Assembly: GCA_045632265.1 (NCBI GenBank)
Contig: JAZQWG010000003.1
Span: 2,511 to 66,510, forward strand
Direction: 5' to 3'
Origin: Candidatus Scatosoma sp.
GTDB taxonomy: Bacteria > Bacillota > Clostridia > Christensenellales > Borkfalkiaceae
DNA length: 64,000 nt
The translations under genes and the position numbers were made by a program. This document shows positions 45,099 to 53,376 of this stretch, piece after piece (the stretch's first letter is position 1; each line of letters starts with the position of its first letter). The notes below the pieces were generated by a model. It saw only the letters and a list, made by a program, of their open reading frames with translations. It was not told where the DNA came from and did not search any database.

Positions 45099-45144
45099 GC
45101 GTTAGCGAAAGATAGAAAAGTTTGCCCGCGGTGGCTCACCGCTT
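45099..45144 (-). repeat. 46-bp intercistronic repeat with hairpin, copy B (abuts the GRE stop codon)
   Basis: See copy A. The hairpin lies at 45128-45142, immediately 3' of the TAA at 45143-45145. Confidence 0.85.
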
Positions 45145-47674
45145 AAAAGCCTTGTTCCGTTCTATTGATAATGTCGTCTTGCAACGAACGGGAAAGCGTT
45201 GTGAAGAGTGCGCTATAACCCGCAACGCGTACAACGAGCGTCTTATATTTTTCGGGGTTCTTTTGCGCATCCAAAAGTGTTTCACGGGTGACAACGTTGA
45301 ATTGCATGTGCATACCCTTTTGGTCGAAATACGAACGGATAAGCGCAACGAATTTCGTCAAGCCCGACATACCCGCAAGTGCGGAAGGATGGAATTTTTG
45401 GTTCAAAAGCGTACCGTTGCTTGCTACGCCTTGTTCGAGTTTTGCAACCGAGTTTGCCGTAGCCGTAGGACCTTTCACGTCTCTACCCGATGCAGGACCG
45501 ATACCGTCCGCAATAGGCGTAAACGCAAGTCTGCCGTCGGGCGTTGCGCCCGTTTGTCCGCCAAGGGGTACGTTTGCCGAAACGGGATACAAACCTGCTT
45601 GGAAGATACCGCCACGGTAGTTTTTATATTTTTCCACTTCTTTGGTGTAGCTGTTTGCAACGTCACGTGCGAACATATCCGCATCGTAGATGTCGTTGCC
45701 GTATTTAGGACACGTTTCGTCAATCAAACGCTTGATTTCACGATAGCGAGCCTTCTTTTCAGGGTCAATCGAGTTGCCCGTCGTCACTTCTTCGTATACC
45801 GTACGGATAACCGATTCCGTAATTTCTACACCGCTGTTTGCAAGCTGTTGTACGATGTCGTTCGTCACACGTTCTGCAGCTGCGCCTTGCAAGCCGTAGC
45901 CGAAGTTTGCGTTCATCGCTTCACGGTATTCCGCCATCGTCAATTTCTTTTCTTCAAACACGAGTTGCTTAATAGCAAGCAAGCCGTCCGTATTGTTGGC
46001 AATACCGAAGCCTTGGGGGCCCGTGAAGTTGTAAATTGCGCCGCCTTCTTGCAACGATTTACCACGAGCGATACAATCGTCAACCATACAAGACTGGAAG
46101 GGAAGCGGACAACGGGTTGCGTGCGCCGCATCAATAGCGTTGTTAGCGTTTACAAGCAATTTAATGAAATAGCTTTGTTGCGTTTTGTACGCTTCGTACA
46201 CTTCTTCAAACGTCTTCATGTCCGCTACGTCGCCCGTATCAGGACCGATTTTTACGCCCTTATCCATGCCGTTGGAGAATACGAGTTCCATAGGACGGCA
46301 CATATTGAAGAACGCCGCGTCGTGCCAACCGTCCGTTTTACCGCCCTTTTGCGGTTCTACGCAACCGATGATACAATAATCTCTTGCATCTTCCAAAGTA
46401 AGTCCCCTTGCCATAATGGAAGGAATCATAACTTCGTCGTTATAATATGCGGGCAAGCCCGTGCCAAGTCTTGTCAACGCCGCCGCTTTTACCAGCAACG
46501 ATTCGGGCGAGCCGTTCCATACACGAATGGAGATGGAAGGTTGGGGAAGGGGCACGTGCATAGATGCTTCCAAACACATGTACGACAAATCGTTCGTTGC
46601 GTCCATGCCGTGGATGTCTTGACCACCGACAATCAAGTTTTGGAACATACCATAACCTGCAAAGCCGTCCGCCGACACTGCATCGCGCACCTTGTTAATA
46701 TCGTTGAGTTTTACCCAAATACAATCGATGAGTTCTTGCGCTTGTTCTTTCGTAAGCTTGCCTTCGTCGATGTCTTTTTTATAGTAGGGATACATGTATT
46801 GATCGAAACGACCGGGAGAGATAGAGTGGCCGCTCGATTCCACTTGCAAAAGCATTTGTACAAACCAGAAGGATTGACAAGCTTCGTGGAAAGAAGTTGC
46901 AGGGAATTCGGGAACTCTTGCGCAGTTTGCGGAAATTTTTTCAAGTTCCGCTTTTCTATCTGCGTTCTTTTCCTTTTTCGCCATTTCACGAGCGAGCGCA
47001 GCGTATCTTCTTGCGTAGTGGATAACCGCTTCACAGCTTTCGATGACTGCGTACAAGAAGTTGCTTCTCGTCACGTAATCGCCGTCCGATACGTCCAACT
47101 TATCAAGCGCAGCTTGCGCTTCCGCCATAATCCCACGATACCCTTTTTTAAGTACCTTATCGTATTGCACGTTTACGTGGCCGATACCATTGTAGAAATA
47201 GTTGCCGGGCGTGAAAATGCCGTGTACGGTAAACGCTTCGTACGCTTCGGGCGCCATGTTCGCCTTTGCCAAATCGCTGCACGTTTTGCCCTTCCAGTAA
47301 GGGTACGCCCCACGCAAATCTTCCTTCGTTTTTTCGCTGATATAGAAGGGGTCTGCCGCACGGGTAGCCACCGTTTCAAATTCCGCTTCCAACCATTCGT
47401 AGGAATATTCGGGGAAAACTTGGCAACCACGAGGGCTAACCGTAGGCGCACCTACGATAAGTTCGTTATCACGGATAACGATAGGCAAGTTTTCCAAAAT
47501 ATGCGCAAAGCACGCACTACGACGACGGATAATAGGAAGGGATTCCGTCTGTTTATAACTCTCGGTAACGAGCAAGCCGCGCGCCGATTCGATTTCGGGC
47601 ATCTTTGCGTACAACGCATCGATAAGCTTGTCGATTCTCGCACTCTTTTCCATTACGAATTTAATGTTTTCCAT
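45143..47674 (-). CDS. Glycyl radical enzyme, probable B12-independent 1,2-propanediol dehydratase
   Basis: 843 aa. It has the C-terminal glycyl radical motif VVRVAGYSALF and active-site region IIGCVEPQ. The substrate is assigned from the rhamnose/fucose gene context only. Confidence 0.8.
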   Translation of the reverse strand: MENIKFVMEKSARIDKLIDALYAKMPEIESARGLLVTESYKQTESLPIIRRRSACFAHILENLPIVIRDNELIVGAPTVSPRGCQVFPEYSYEWLEAEFETVATRAADPFYISEKTKEDLRGAYPYWKGKTCSDLAKANMAPEAYEAFTVHGIFTPGNYFYNGIGHVNVQYDKVLKKGYRGIMAEAQAALDKLDVSDGDYVTRSNFLYAVIESCEAVIHYARRYAALAREMAKKEKNADRKAELEKISANCARVPEFPATSFHEACQSFWFVQMLLQVESSGHSISPGRFDQYMYPYYKKDIDEGKLTKEQAQELIDCIWVKLNDINKVRDAVSADGFAGYGMFQNLIVGGQDIHGMDATNDLSYMCLEASMHVPLPQPSISIRVWNGSPESLLVKAAALTRLGTGLPAYYNDEVMIPSIMARGLTLEDARDYCIIGCVEPQKGGKTDGWHDAAFFNMCRPMELVFSNGMDKGVKIGPDTGDVADMKTFEEVYEAYKTQQSYFIKLLVNANNAIDAAHATRCPLPFQSCMVDDCIARGKSLQEGGAIYNFTGPQGFGIANNTDGLLAIKQLVFEEKKLTMAEYREAMNANFGYGLQGAAAERVTNDIVQQLANSGVEITESVIRTVYEEVTTGNSIDPEKKARYREIKRLIDETCPKYGNDIYDADMFARDVANSYTKEVEKYKNYRGGIFQAGLYPVSANVPLGGQTGATPDGRLAFTPIADGIGPASGRDVKGPTATANSVAKLEQGVASNGTLLNQKFHPSALAGMSGLTKFVALIRSYFDQKGMHMQFNVVTRETLLDAQKNPEKYKTLVVRVAGYSALFTTLSRSLQDDIINRTEQGF

Positions 47675-47724
47675 ACTGTTTCCACCTTGTTATAGCATAG
47701 CTATAAAAAATAGCGATTAAATGA

Positions 47725-48270
47725 TTATAATTGATTCCAAAGTTCTTCGTGGGGCGCTGCAATGATTGCGTTGGAAGAAAGTTGCCCCGATTGTTTTGCG
47801 TAGTTAGAACCTGCTTCTACTGCCGCCGTCACGTCGCCGACTTCGCCCGTCAAAAGCACTACGCCCTTGCCGCCCATACCACGGGAAACACGCAAATCGA
47901 AAATGTCAACGCGCGCCGTCTTCACCGCAATATCCGCAGCCTTAATCGTCGTTGCCGCCGAAAACGTTTCAATCAAGCCAAGCGAGCCTTTTTTCACGCC
48001 TTGTTGCGTGCCGAAAAGAGCCGTAATAACTTGTTCGTCAATTCTACCCATGATGGACGAATCGATGACGTAGCTGCCAAACTTTTCCACAACGTGGTCA
48101 ACCGAAGCCGTCACGTTGGAAATCGAGCCCGTCAAAATGATTTCGTACTTGCCAGGGCAAGCAGGGTGCGCTGCAACCATTTCTACGCCTGCGCTCTTAA
48201 GCGCTGCGTCCGTTGCTTCAACCCCCTTGGGTACGCTCTTTAATTCAATAACACCAATCGACTTAAACAT
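47725..48270 (-). CDS. Tandem-domain BMC-T shell protein (PduT-like, putative 4Fe-4S site)
   Basis: 181 aa with two BMC domains. The Cys in HPACPGKY aligns with the cluster-ligand Cys of PduT. The C-terminus is PHEELWNQL. Confidence 0.8.
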   Translation of the reverse strand: MFKSIGVIELKSVPKGVEATDAALKSAGVEMVAAHPACPGKYEIILTGSISNVTASVDHVVEKFGSYVIDSSIMGRIDEQVITALFGTQQGVKKGSLGLIETFSAATTIKAADIAVKTARVDIFDLRVSRGMGGKGVVLLTGEVGDVTAAVEAGSNYAKQSGQLSSNAIIAAPHEELWNQL

Positions 48271-49592
48271 TATTCGCTATCCTTTTCAATGATTATTTTT
48301 ACACCTTCTTCTATCATCACTCTACCCGAGATAGAAGCATATTGCGGAAGGGAAAGTCCGTCGCCGCTTTCAGCGATTTTATCACCTTTTTGCACCTTGT
48401 CCCCGTCCTTTACAATCGCCACGCTAGGCGCGCCGATGTGTTGACGAAGATAGATTTCCGCTTTGTCAAAATCCGTTTGTTTGCCAACGAATTTTGCAAC
48501 TTTATCGTATTTTGCCACGCCGAGAATATGTTCCCAACGTTCGGAAGGCACCATGCGGTAATCTCTTTCAGGGGCAACTACGCTTTCTTCCTTCCCTACG
48601 TAGCGGAGCTTGTTTTTCGCAAGCAACGCTTTATATTCGTTGATAACTGCTTTGGGGGAAATGCCTTGGCAGCACGCAAGCGATTCGCATACGCCGCAAC
48701 CACAACAAAGGGTTGCCGAAAGCACCATTTGCGGCAAAATCGTTGCCGCACCCTTTGCCGTACGCACCATTTTATGCGGTTCTAAAGGATACCCAAGCAA
48801 GTGGCGAGGACACATGTCCGTACAACGGGTGCATTGACAGCAAGCCGTTTCCGCACGGGCAATGGACATCGCGCCGTTGATAAATTTGGAAGTGATAGCT
48901 TCGCAACTATTCGGCAAAATCAACAAGCCTTTCGTTGTCTTGGTGACAACCGCCGTTTCTACGTCAATCACTTTACCCATGGAAGGTCCACCGTCCAAAA
49001 CGGTGTGCCCTTCGGGCACGATAATATTATTCTTTTCAAAAAGTTGCCAAACGGGCGTACCTACGGGCACTTTTACCACGATAGGTTCGTTTACGTTCCC
49101 CGAAATCGTCAACCATTTTTCCGTAAGCGGCTCGCCTAATTTCACCGCTCTTGCGACGTTGTACATCGTTTCTACGTTGTACACGATTACGCCCGCCGTA
49201 ATAGGCAAGTTGCCCGCCTTTACGACACGCCCCGTCGCTTGATAAATCATCGCGATTTCGTCGCCCATCGGATAGACGTCAGGCAACGTACGCAACGTTA
49301 TTTTATCCGCCAACTTAGTGCCGTCCGTCAAGCGTAAACGCTTTGCCGTGTGATCTTTCACGCAAAGCAAGGCGCTTGGAATATTTGCAAATTCCAGCAC
49401 CGCTTTTATGCCTGCCAACACCGTTGACATTTCTTTATGTAAAAGCACGTAATCGGTGTAGAGCAACGGCTCGCATTCCGCACCGTTGATGACAAGCGTA
49501 TCCGCCCCGTCCGCGAGTTTTGCGTACGAGGGGAAGCCTGCGCCACCAGCGCCGACAATACCTGCTTCTTTCATAATTTCTTTCAAATTCAT
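48270..49592 (-). CDS. PduS/RnfC-like Fe-S flavoprotein
   Basis: 440 aa. It contains GIVGAGGAGFPSYAKL and two Cys clusters, CCQCTRCTDMCP and CCGCGVCESLACC. Its TAA overlaps the next ATG (TAATG). Confidence 0.75.
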   Translation of the reverse strand: MNLKEIMKEAGIVGAGGAGFPSYAKLADGADTLVINGAECEPLLYTDYVLLHKEMSTVLAGIKAVLEFANIPSALLCVKDHTAKRLRLTDGTKLADKITLRTLPDVYPMGDEIAMIYQATGRVVKAGNLPITAGVIVYNVETMYNVARAVKLGEPLTEKWLTISGNVNEPIVVKVPVGTPVWQLFEKNNIIVPEGHTVLDGGPSMGKVIDVETAVVTKTTKGLLILPNSCEAITSKFINGAMSIARAETACCQCTRCTDMCPRHLLGYPLEPHKMVRTAKGAATILPQMVLSATLCCGCGVCESLACCQGISPKAVINEYKALLAKNKLRYVGKEESVVAPERDYRMVPSERWEHILGVAKYDKVAKFVGKQTDFDKAEIYLRQHIGAPSVAIVKDGDKVQKGDKIAESGDGLSLPQYASISGRVMIEEGVKIIIEKDSE

Positions 49593-49688
49593 ATTTCAGC
49601 CTATTTTTCGCGTTTTTCACGCGTATTCTCTATACTTTCACCCCAAACGAACTTGGCGAAAAGAGAAATTTTGCCTTTTGGGGCTTGA

Positions 49689-49937
49689 TTAGTCTACGAT
49701 ACCTACGATAACTGCATCGCAAGGTGCGTTCGTGTTATGCAACGCAAGTCTTGCCGAGCTGCCAGTCGTCACGAGCACCGTTTCGCCGATACCTGCGCCA
49801 ACGCTGTCCACTGCAATGAGATATTTTTCGGTGAGTGCGTTGTTTTCGATAACTTGCACTTCCATAAATTTAGAACCAACGAGCGCTTCTTGTTTTCTTG
49901 TGGAAACTACGTTCCCTCTGATAATACCTTTTAACAC
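49689..49937 (-). CDS. BMC-P vertex protein (EutN/PduN/CcmL family)
   Basis: 82 aa. It contains GNVVSTRKQEALVGSKFMEVQ...DSVGAGIGETVLVTTGSSAR. Confidence 0.85.
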   Translation of the reverse strand: MLKGIIRGNVVSTRKQEALVGSKFMEVQVIENNALTEKYLIAVDSVGAGIGETVLVTTGSSARLALHNTNAPCDAVIVGIVD

Positions 49938-49941
49938 TTTA

Positions 49942-50601
49942 TTACTCCTTAACGACCTTTACTTTGAAGCCGTTGCCAATCCCTGCGGCGTTGGCATCGT
50001 CCGTATCCACGTGCATTTCCAAACGGAAATCGGGATGTACGCGCACTTGTACGTCATACCATCTCGTACGACGTCTGCCTTCTACGTCTACCGTCACCGT
50101 TTCGCCGTCTTTAACGTTGAATTTTTCACCATCGGCAGGCGACATGTGAATATGTCGGTTTGCAATGATGCAACCTTCCTTCAATTCCACTACGCCCTTC
50201 GGCCCGATAATCGTCACTCCCGCAGAACCTGCAATATTGCCCGATTCTCTTACGGGCGGTTTTACTTTCAACACGTAAGAATCAGTCATGGAAATTTCCA
50301 CTTGCGAACTTTTACGAAGCGGTCCTAACACGCGTACGCCTTCAATAGGACGCATTGCAGGACCTATCAACGTCAACGTTTCTTTGCATGCGTATTGTCC
50401 CGGTTGCGACAAATCTTTAAGCGGCGTGAGCTCGTATCCTGCCCCAAAAAGCGTTTCCATATCCGCCTTGTTTAAGTGGATGTGTCTATTCGATACGCCT
50501 ACGGGCACTTCGTTCGATGCGCTTGCGCTTGCCGTTGCACCGCCCATTTCGCCAAGAACTTTTCTTACCATTTCCGCAATTTTTGCACTTGAAATTTCCA
50601 T
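49942..50601 (-). CDS. pduL: Phosphate propanoyltransferase with N-terminal encapsulation peptide
   Basis: 219 aa with two PduL repeats carrying SNRHIHL and ANRHIHM. The N-terminus SSAKIAEMVRKVLGEMGG is an amphipathic helix. Confidence 0.85.
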   Translation of the reverse strand: MEISSAKIAEMVRKVLGEMGGATASASASNEVPVGVSNRHIHLNKADMETLFGAGYELTPLKDLSQPGQYACKETLTLIGPAMRPIEGVRVLGPLRKSSQVEISMTDSYVLKVKPPVRESGNIAGSAGVTIIGPKGVVELKEGCIIANRHIHMSPADGEKFNVKDGETVTVDVEGRRRTRWYDVQVRVHPDFRLEMHVDTDDANAAGIGNGFKVKVVKE

Positions 50602-50661
50602 AACAAACCTTCCGTCTTTTTGTTGTTTTTTTCTCTCTTATCTTTGCGGCTTTTTGCCGCA

Positions 50662-50727
50662 TTTTAGGGTAGAATACCCCTATTTTAGGGTGCAATACCC
50701 CTTATTTTTGCGTAAAACACCCCTATA
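50662..50727 (-). promoter_or_regulatory. Three phased direct repeats (minus strand AGGGGTRTT...) upstream of pduL
   Basis: On the plus strand, TTTTAGGGTAGAATACCCCTA (50662-50682) is followed by TTTTAGGGTGCAATACCCCTTA (50683-50704), and a third AACACCCCTA lies at about 50716-50725. Spacing is 21-23 bp. Each full unit is also an imperfect palindrome, AGGGT-N-ACCCCT. Confidence 0.5.
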
Positions 50728-50766
50728 ACGGGCTTTTTTACGACTTTTTTGCCGCTTTATGCGATT

Positions 50767-50811
50767 GAAAAACCCCCACAGCATCCGCGAAATTTTGCGC
50801 GGATACTGTGG
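50767..50811 (-). terminator. Strong intra-operon rho-independent terminator after the BMC-H gene block
   Basis: On the minus strand there is a 14-bp stem CCACAGUAUCCGCG/CGCGGAUGCUGUGG with one G-U pair, followed by GGGUUUUUC. On the plus strand the same position would be a C-A mismatch, so the structure is oriented for the minus strand. Confidence 0.75.
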
Positions 50812-50832
50812 AAACCGTTGCTAAATAATAAC

Positions 50833-51105
50833 TTATTTAATAGCGGGAAGAAGTTTTTCAACGTCTGCGTGGGGTCTGGGGATTACGTGCGTAGCGATAA
50901 CTTCGCCAAGCGACGTAGCTGCTGCCGAGCCAGCTTCTACAGCTGCTTTAACTGCGCCAACGTCACCACGAACCATAACGCTTACCAAACCGCTACCGAT
51001 CTTTTCGCTACCGATAAGAACAACGTTAGCTGCCTTTACCATAGCATCTGCTGCTTCGATTGCTGCTACGAGACCTCTCGTTTCAACCATACCTAATGCT
51101 TCCAT
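50833..51105 (-). CDS. BMC-H shell protein (PduA/EutM-like), copy 1
   Basis: 90 aa. It contains [28 protein letters not shown]...[10 protein letters not shown]. Confidence 0.9.
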   Translation of the reverse strand: MEALGMVETRGLVAAIEAADAMVKAANVVLIGSEKIGSGLVSVMVRGDVGAVKAAVEAGSAAATSLGEVIATHVIPRPHADVEKLLPAIK

Positions 51106-51182
51106 TTTTAAAATCCTCCTAAAGATTTTTAATTTTTTTTGTTTTTTTATTTGTTAAAACCTTGTGGTTTTAATTGCCTTTT

Positions 51183-51455
51183 TTAACCCGTCGTTAAGAA
51201 ACGCATAACGTCGGGGTGCGGACGTGCAATCACTTCACACACTTTAACGTTGCCTACCTCCGCCGCTGCGGCTGCGCCTGCTTGAAGCGCCGCCGTGCAA
51301 GCCGATACTTCGCCTTCAACGACAACCGTCACCAGTCTGCCGCCAAGACGCTTTTCTACGTGAATAAGCTTTACGTCCGCCGCCTTTACCATCGCGTCAA
51401 GACCGGTGATTGCTGCAACCATCGCTTGCACTTCGAGTAACGCTATTGCTTTCAT
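51183..51455 (-). CDS. Divergent BMC-H shell protein (pore loop RLGGR)
   Basis: 90 aa with a BMC fold, ALLEVQAMVAAITGLDAMVKAADV...EKRLGGRLVTV. Confidence 0.8.
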   Translation of the reverse strand: MKAIALLEVQAMVAAITGLDAMVKAADVKLIHVEKRLGGRLVTVVVEGEVSACTAALQAGAAAAAEVGNVKVCEVIARPHPDVMRFLTTG

Positions 51456-51493
51456 AAAAACCTTCTCCTTAATTTACAAATCGTGTTTTAAGA

Positions 51494-51769
51494 TTATTTG
51501 ATAGCGGGAAGAAGTTTTTCAACGTCTGCGTGAGGTCTGGGGATTACGTGCGTAGCGATAACTTCGCCAAGCGACGTAGCTGCTGCACAGCCAGCTTCAA
51601 CAGCTGCCTTAACTGCGCCAACGTCACCACGAACCATAACGCTTACCAAACCGCTACCGATTTTTTCGCTGCCGATAAGTACAACGTTTGCTGCCTTTAC
51701 CATTGCATCCGCTGCTTCAATTGCTGCTACCAAACCTCTCGTTTCTACCATGCCCAATGCTTCCATCAT
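51494..51769 (-). CDS. BMC-H shell protein (PduA/EutM-like), copy 2
   Basis: 91 aa. It is identical to copy 1 except for an extra N-terminal Met and one Ser-to-Cys change (AGCAAATS). Confidence 0.9.
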   Translation of the reverse strand: MMEALGMVETRGLVAAIEAADAMVKAANVVLIGSEKIGSGLVSVMVRGDVGAVKAAVEAGCAAATSLGEVIATHVIPRPHADVEKLLPAIK

Positions 51770-51811
51770 TTTTGTAATTCTCCTTGAATTTTATTTTATT
51801 TTTTTATTTTT

Positions 51812-52129
51812 TTATCTTAATTTGTCTTTGCCGAGTGCACTCAAACGAGCAAACCACTCGATTTCTTCGCTTTGTCTTGCAATTACTTTATGCGTAATGT
51901 ACAAGCCACGTTTTTCGGCTTCCTCTTTACCCGCTTGCACCGAAGCTTCTACTGCCGCCGCGCTGCCTTCAACTTTGATTGCCATAACCAAAGGCACACG
52001 CGCGGAATCGCCCGCTGCGGGTTTATTCTTATCAATAGCCACCACTTCAACTTCGGCAGCTTTTGCCATCTTGTCGGCAACTACGATAGCGGTAGCGAAG
52101 CCGAAGACTTCTATCATACCAAGTGCCAT
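51812..52129 (-). CDS. BMC-H shell protein with enlarged pore loop and C-terminal extension
   Basis: 105 aa. It contains ALGMIEVFGFATAIVVADKMAKAAEV. The loop is DKNKPAAGDSARVP and the tail is SEEIEWFARLSALGKDKLR. Confidence 0.75.
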   Translation of the reverse strand: MALGMIEVFGFATAIVVADKMAKAAEVEVVAIDKNKPAAGDSARVPLVMAIKVEGSAAAVEASVQAGKEEAEKRGLYITHKVIARQSEEIEWFARLSALGKDKLR

Positions 52130-52148
52130 ACGATTATCTCCTTAGCGC

Positions 52149-53354
52149 TTATTTTGCAACGTAGCAGATTTTGATACCCTTTTGCGCCACGTTCGTTTCC
52201 ATCGCTTCGTTCAACTGATCGAGCGAGTATTCGTGCGTGATCAAATCGCATACGGGAATCTTCATTTCTCTTGCTTGACGAAGGAATGCCATCGTCGTAG
52301 GATAATCGTCTGCGCTATAGTCCCAAGAACCAACGAGGTTGATTTCCTTATTGCACATTGCAAAGTGGGGATTTACGTTGTATTCGCCGTTATTTACGAA
52401 GAAGCCCATTTCGCAAAGGCCACCACCACGACGGATGTATTCGTAAATATCTTTTGCTGCTGCGGGTGCGCCCGTGCATTGGAAAGCAAAGTCAGCACCT
52501 ACGCCGTTTGCAACGCTCTTAACGTAATTCACTCTCGTAGCAAGGTCGGGCATTTCACGGAAGTTGATAACCGTTTTTGCGCCGAGTTTCTTAGCCATTT
52601 CCAAACGCATCGGCGTGCCGTCGATTGCGATGATGTGGTTGATACCTGCCGCGCGAAGTACGCTGATCATAACCAAACCTACGGGACCAAGACCTTGGAT
52701 AAGGACTTTGGAATTGAAGTTGATAAGACCGGTCGTTTGCGCTCTCTTCAATGCGTGTACGCATACGCAAGCGAGTTCGAGAATCATTCTTTCTTTCAAA
52801 TCCAAATCGTTTACTACGAAATAGGTAGAACCTTTGCCACGGATAAGCAAGTATTCAGCAAACCAACCAGTAAAGGGGTTTGCATCGCTGTGAGGAATCA
52901 AACCGAACACGCCTTGCTTATCGCAAAGGTTGGTGTTTGCGGGTTGATTGCGACAAATGTAGCATTCGCCACAGCTGATAACGCTCGTTACGAGCTTGTC
53001 GCCCACTTTGATAGGCTTGCCCGACGTATCCGCTTTAATGTTTTTACCAAGGTAAACGATTTCACCCGTACCTTCGTGGCCAAGCGTGACGGGGATAATC
53101 CCGAACGGGTCAGCTTTCCATTCGTGTACGTCCGTACCGCAAACGCCGCAACCTTCTACTTTAACAAGGATGTCGTCGTCCGTCAATGCGGGGATAGCGA
53201 ATTCTTTTACTTCGATTTTCTTTTGAGCCGTAAGCATTGCAACCTTTGCCGTCTTGGGAATTTTACCGCCGCAACCGCAAGAAGCTTTTGCGCCGCCCAT
53301 TTCGCCAAGGATTTTACGTACGATGCTCTCTACTTGAGAAGATGTAATATCCAT
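52149..53354 (-). CDS. Zn-dependent (MDR family) alcohol dehydrogenase with N-terminal encapsulation peptide
   Basis: 401 aa. The N-terminus is SSQVESIVRKILGEMGGAKASCGCGG, followed by GCGVCGTDVHEW and GHEGTGE zinc motifs. Confidence 0.8.
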   Translation of the reverse strand: MDITSSQVESIVRKILGEMGGAKASCGCGGKIPKTAKVAMLTAQKKIEVKEFAIPALTDDDILVKVEGCGVCGTDVHEWKADPFGIIPVTLGHEGTGEIVYLGKNIKADTSGKPIKVGDKLVTSVISCGECYICRNQPANTNLCDKQGVFGLIPHSDANPFTGWFAEYLLIRGKGSTYFVVNDLDLKERMILELACVCVHALKRAQTTGLINFNSKVLIQGLGPVGLVMISVLRAAGINHIIAIDGTPMRLEMAKKLGAKTVINFREMPDLATRVNYVKSVANGVGADFAFQCTGAPAAAKDIYEYIRRGGGLCEMGFFVNNGEYNVNPHFAMCNKEINLVGSWDYSADDYPTTMAFLRQAREMKIPVCDLITHEYSLDQLNEAMETNVAQKGIKICYVAK

Positions 53355-53376
53355 GATTTTTCTCTCCTTTATTTCC

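Noticed and set aside
45143-47674. GRE as choline trimethylamine-lyase (CutC) or pyruvate formate-lyase.
   Set aside because: The context argues for a diol dehydratase: rhaA, rhaB, an aldolase with an encapsulation peptide, PduL and PduP-like genes. The substrate-defining residues were not verified, so the substrate call is only moderately confident.
50662-50727. ANTAR-type dual-hairpin antitermination site, as in eut operons.
   Set aside because: The small AGGG/CCCU hairpins have loops of about 8 nt rather than hexaloops. The terminator lies upstream of them rather than overlapping the second hairpin. No ANTAR regulator is present in the window.
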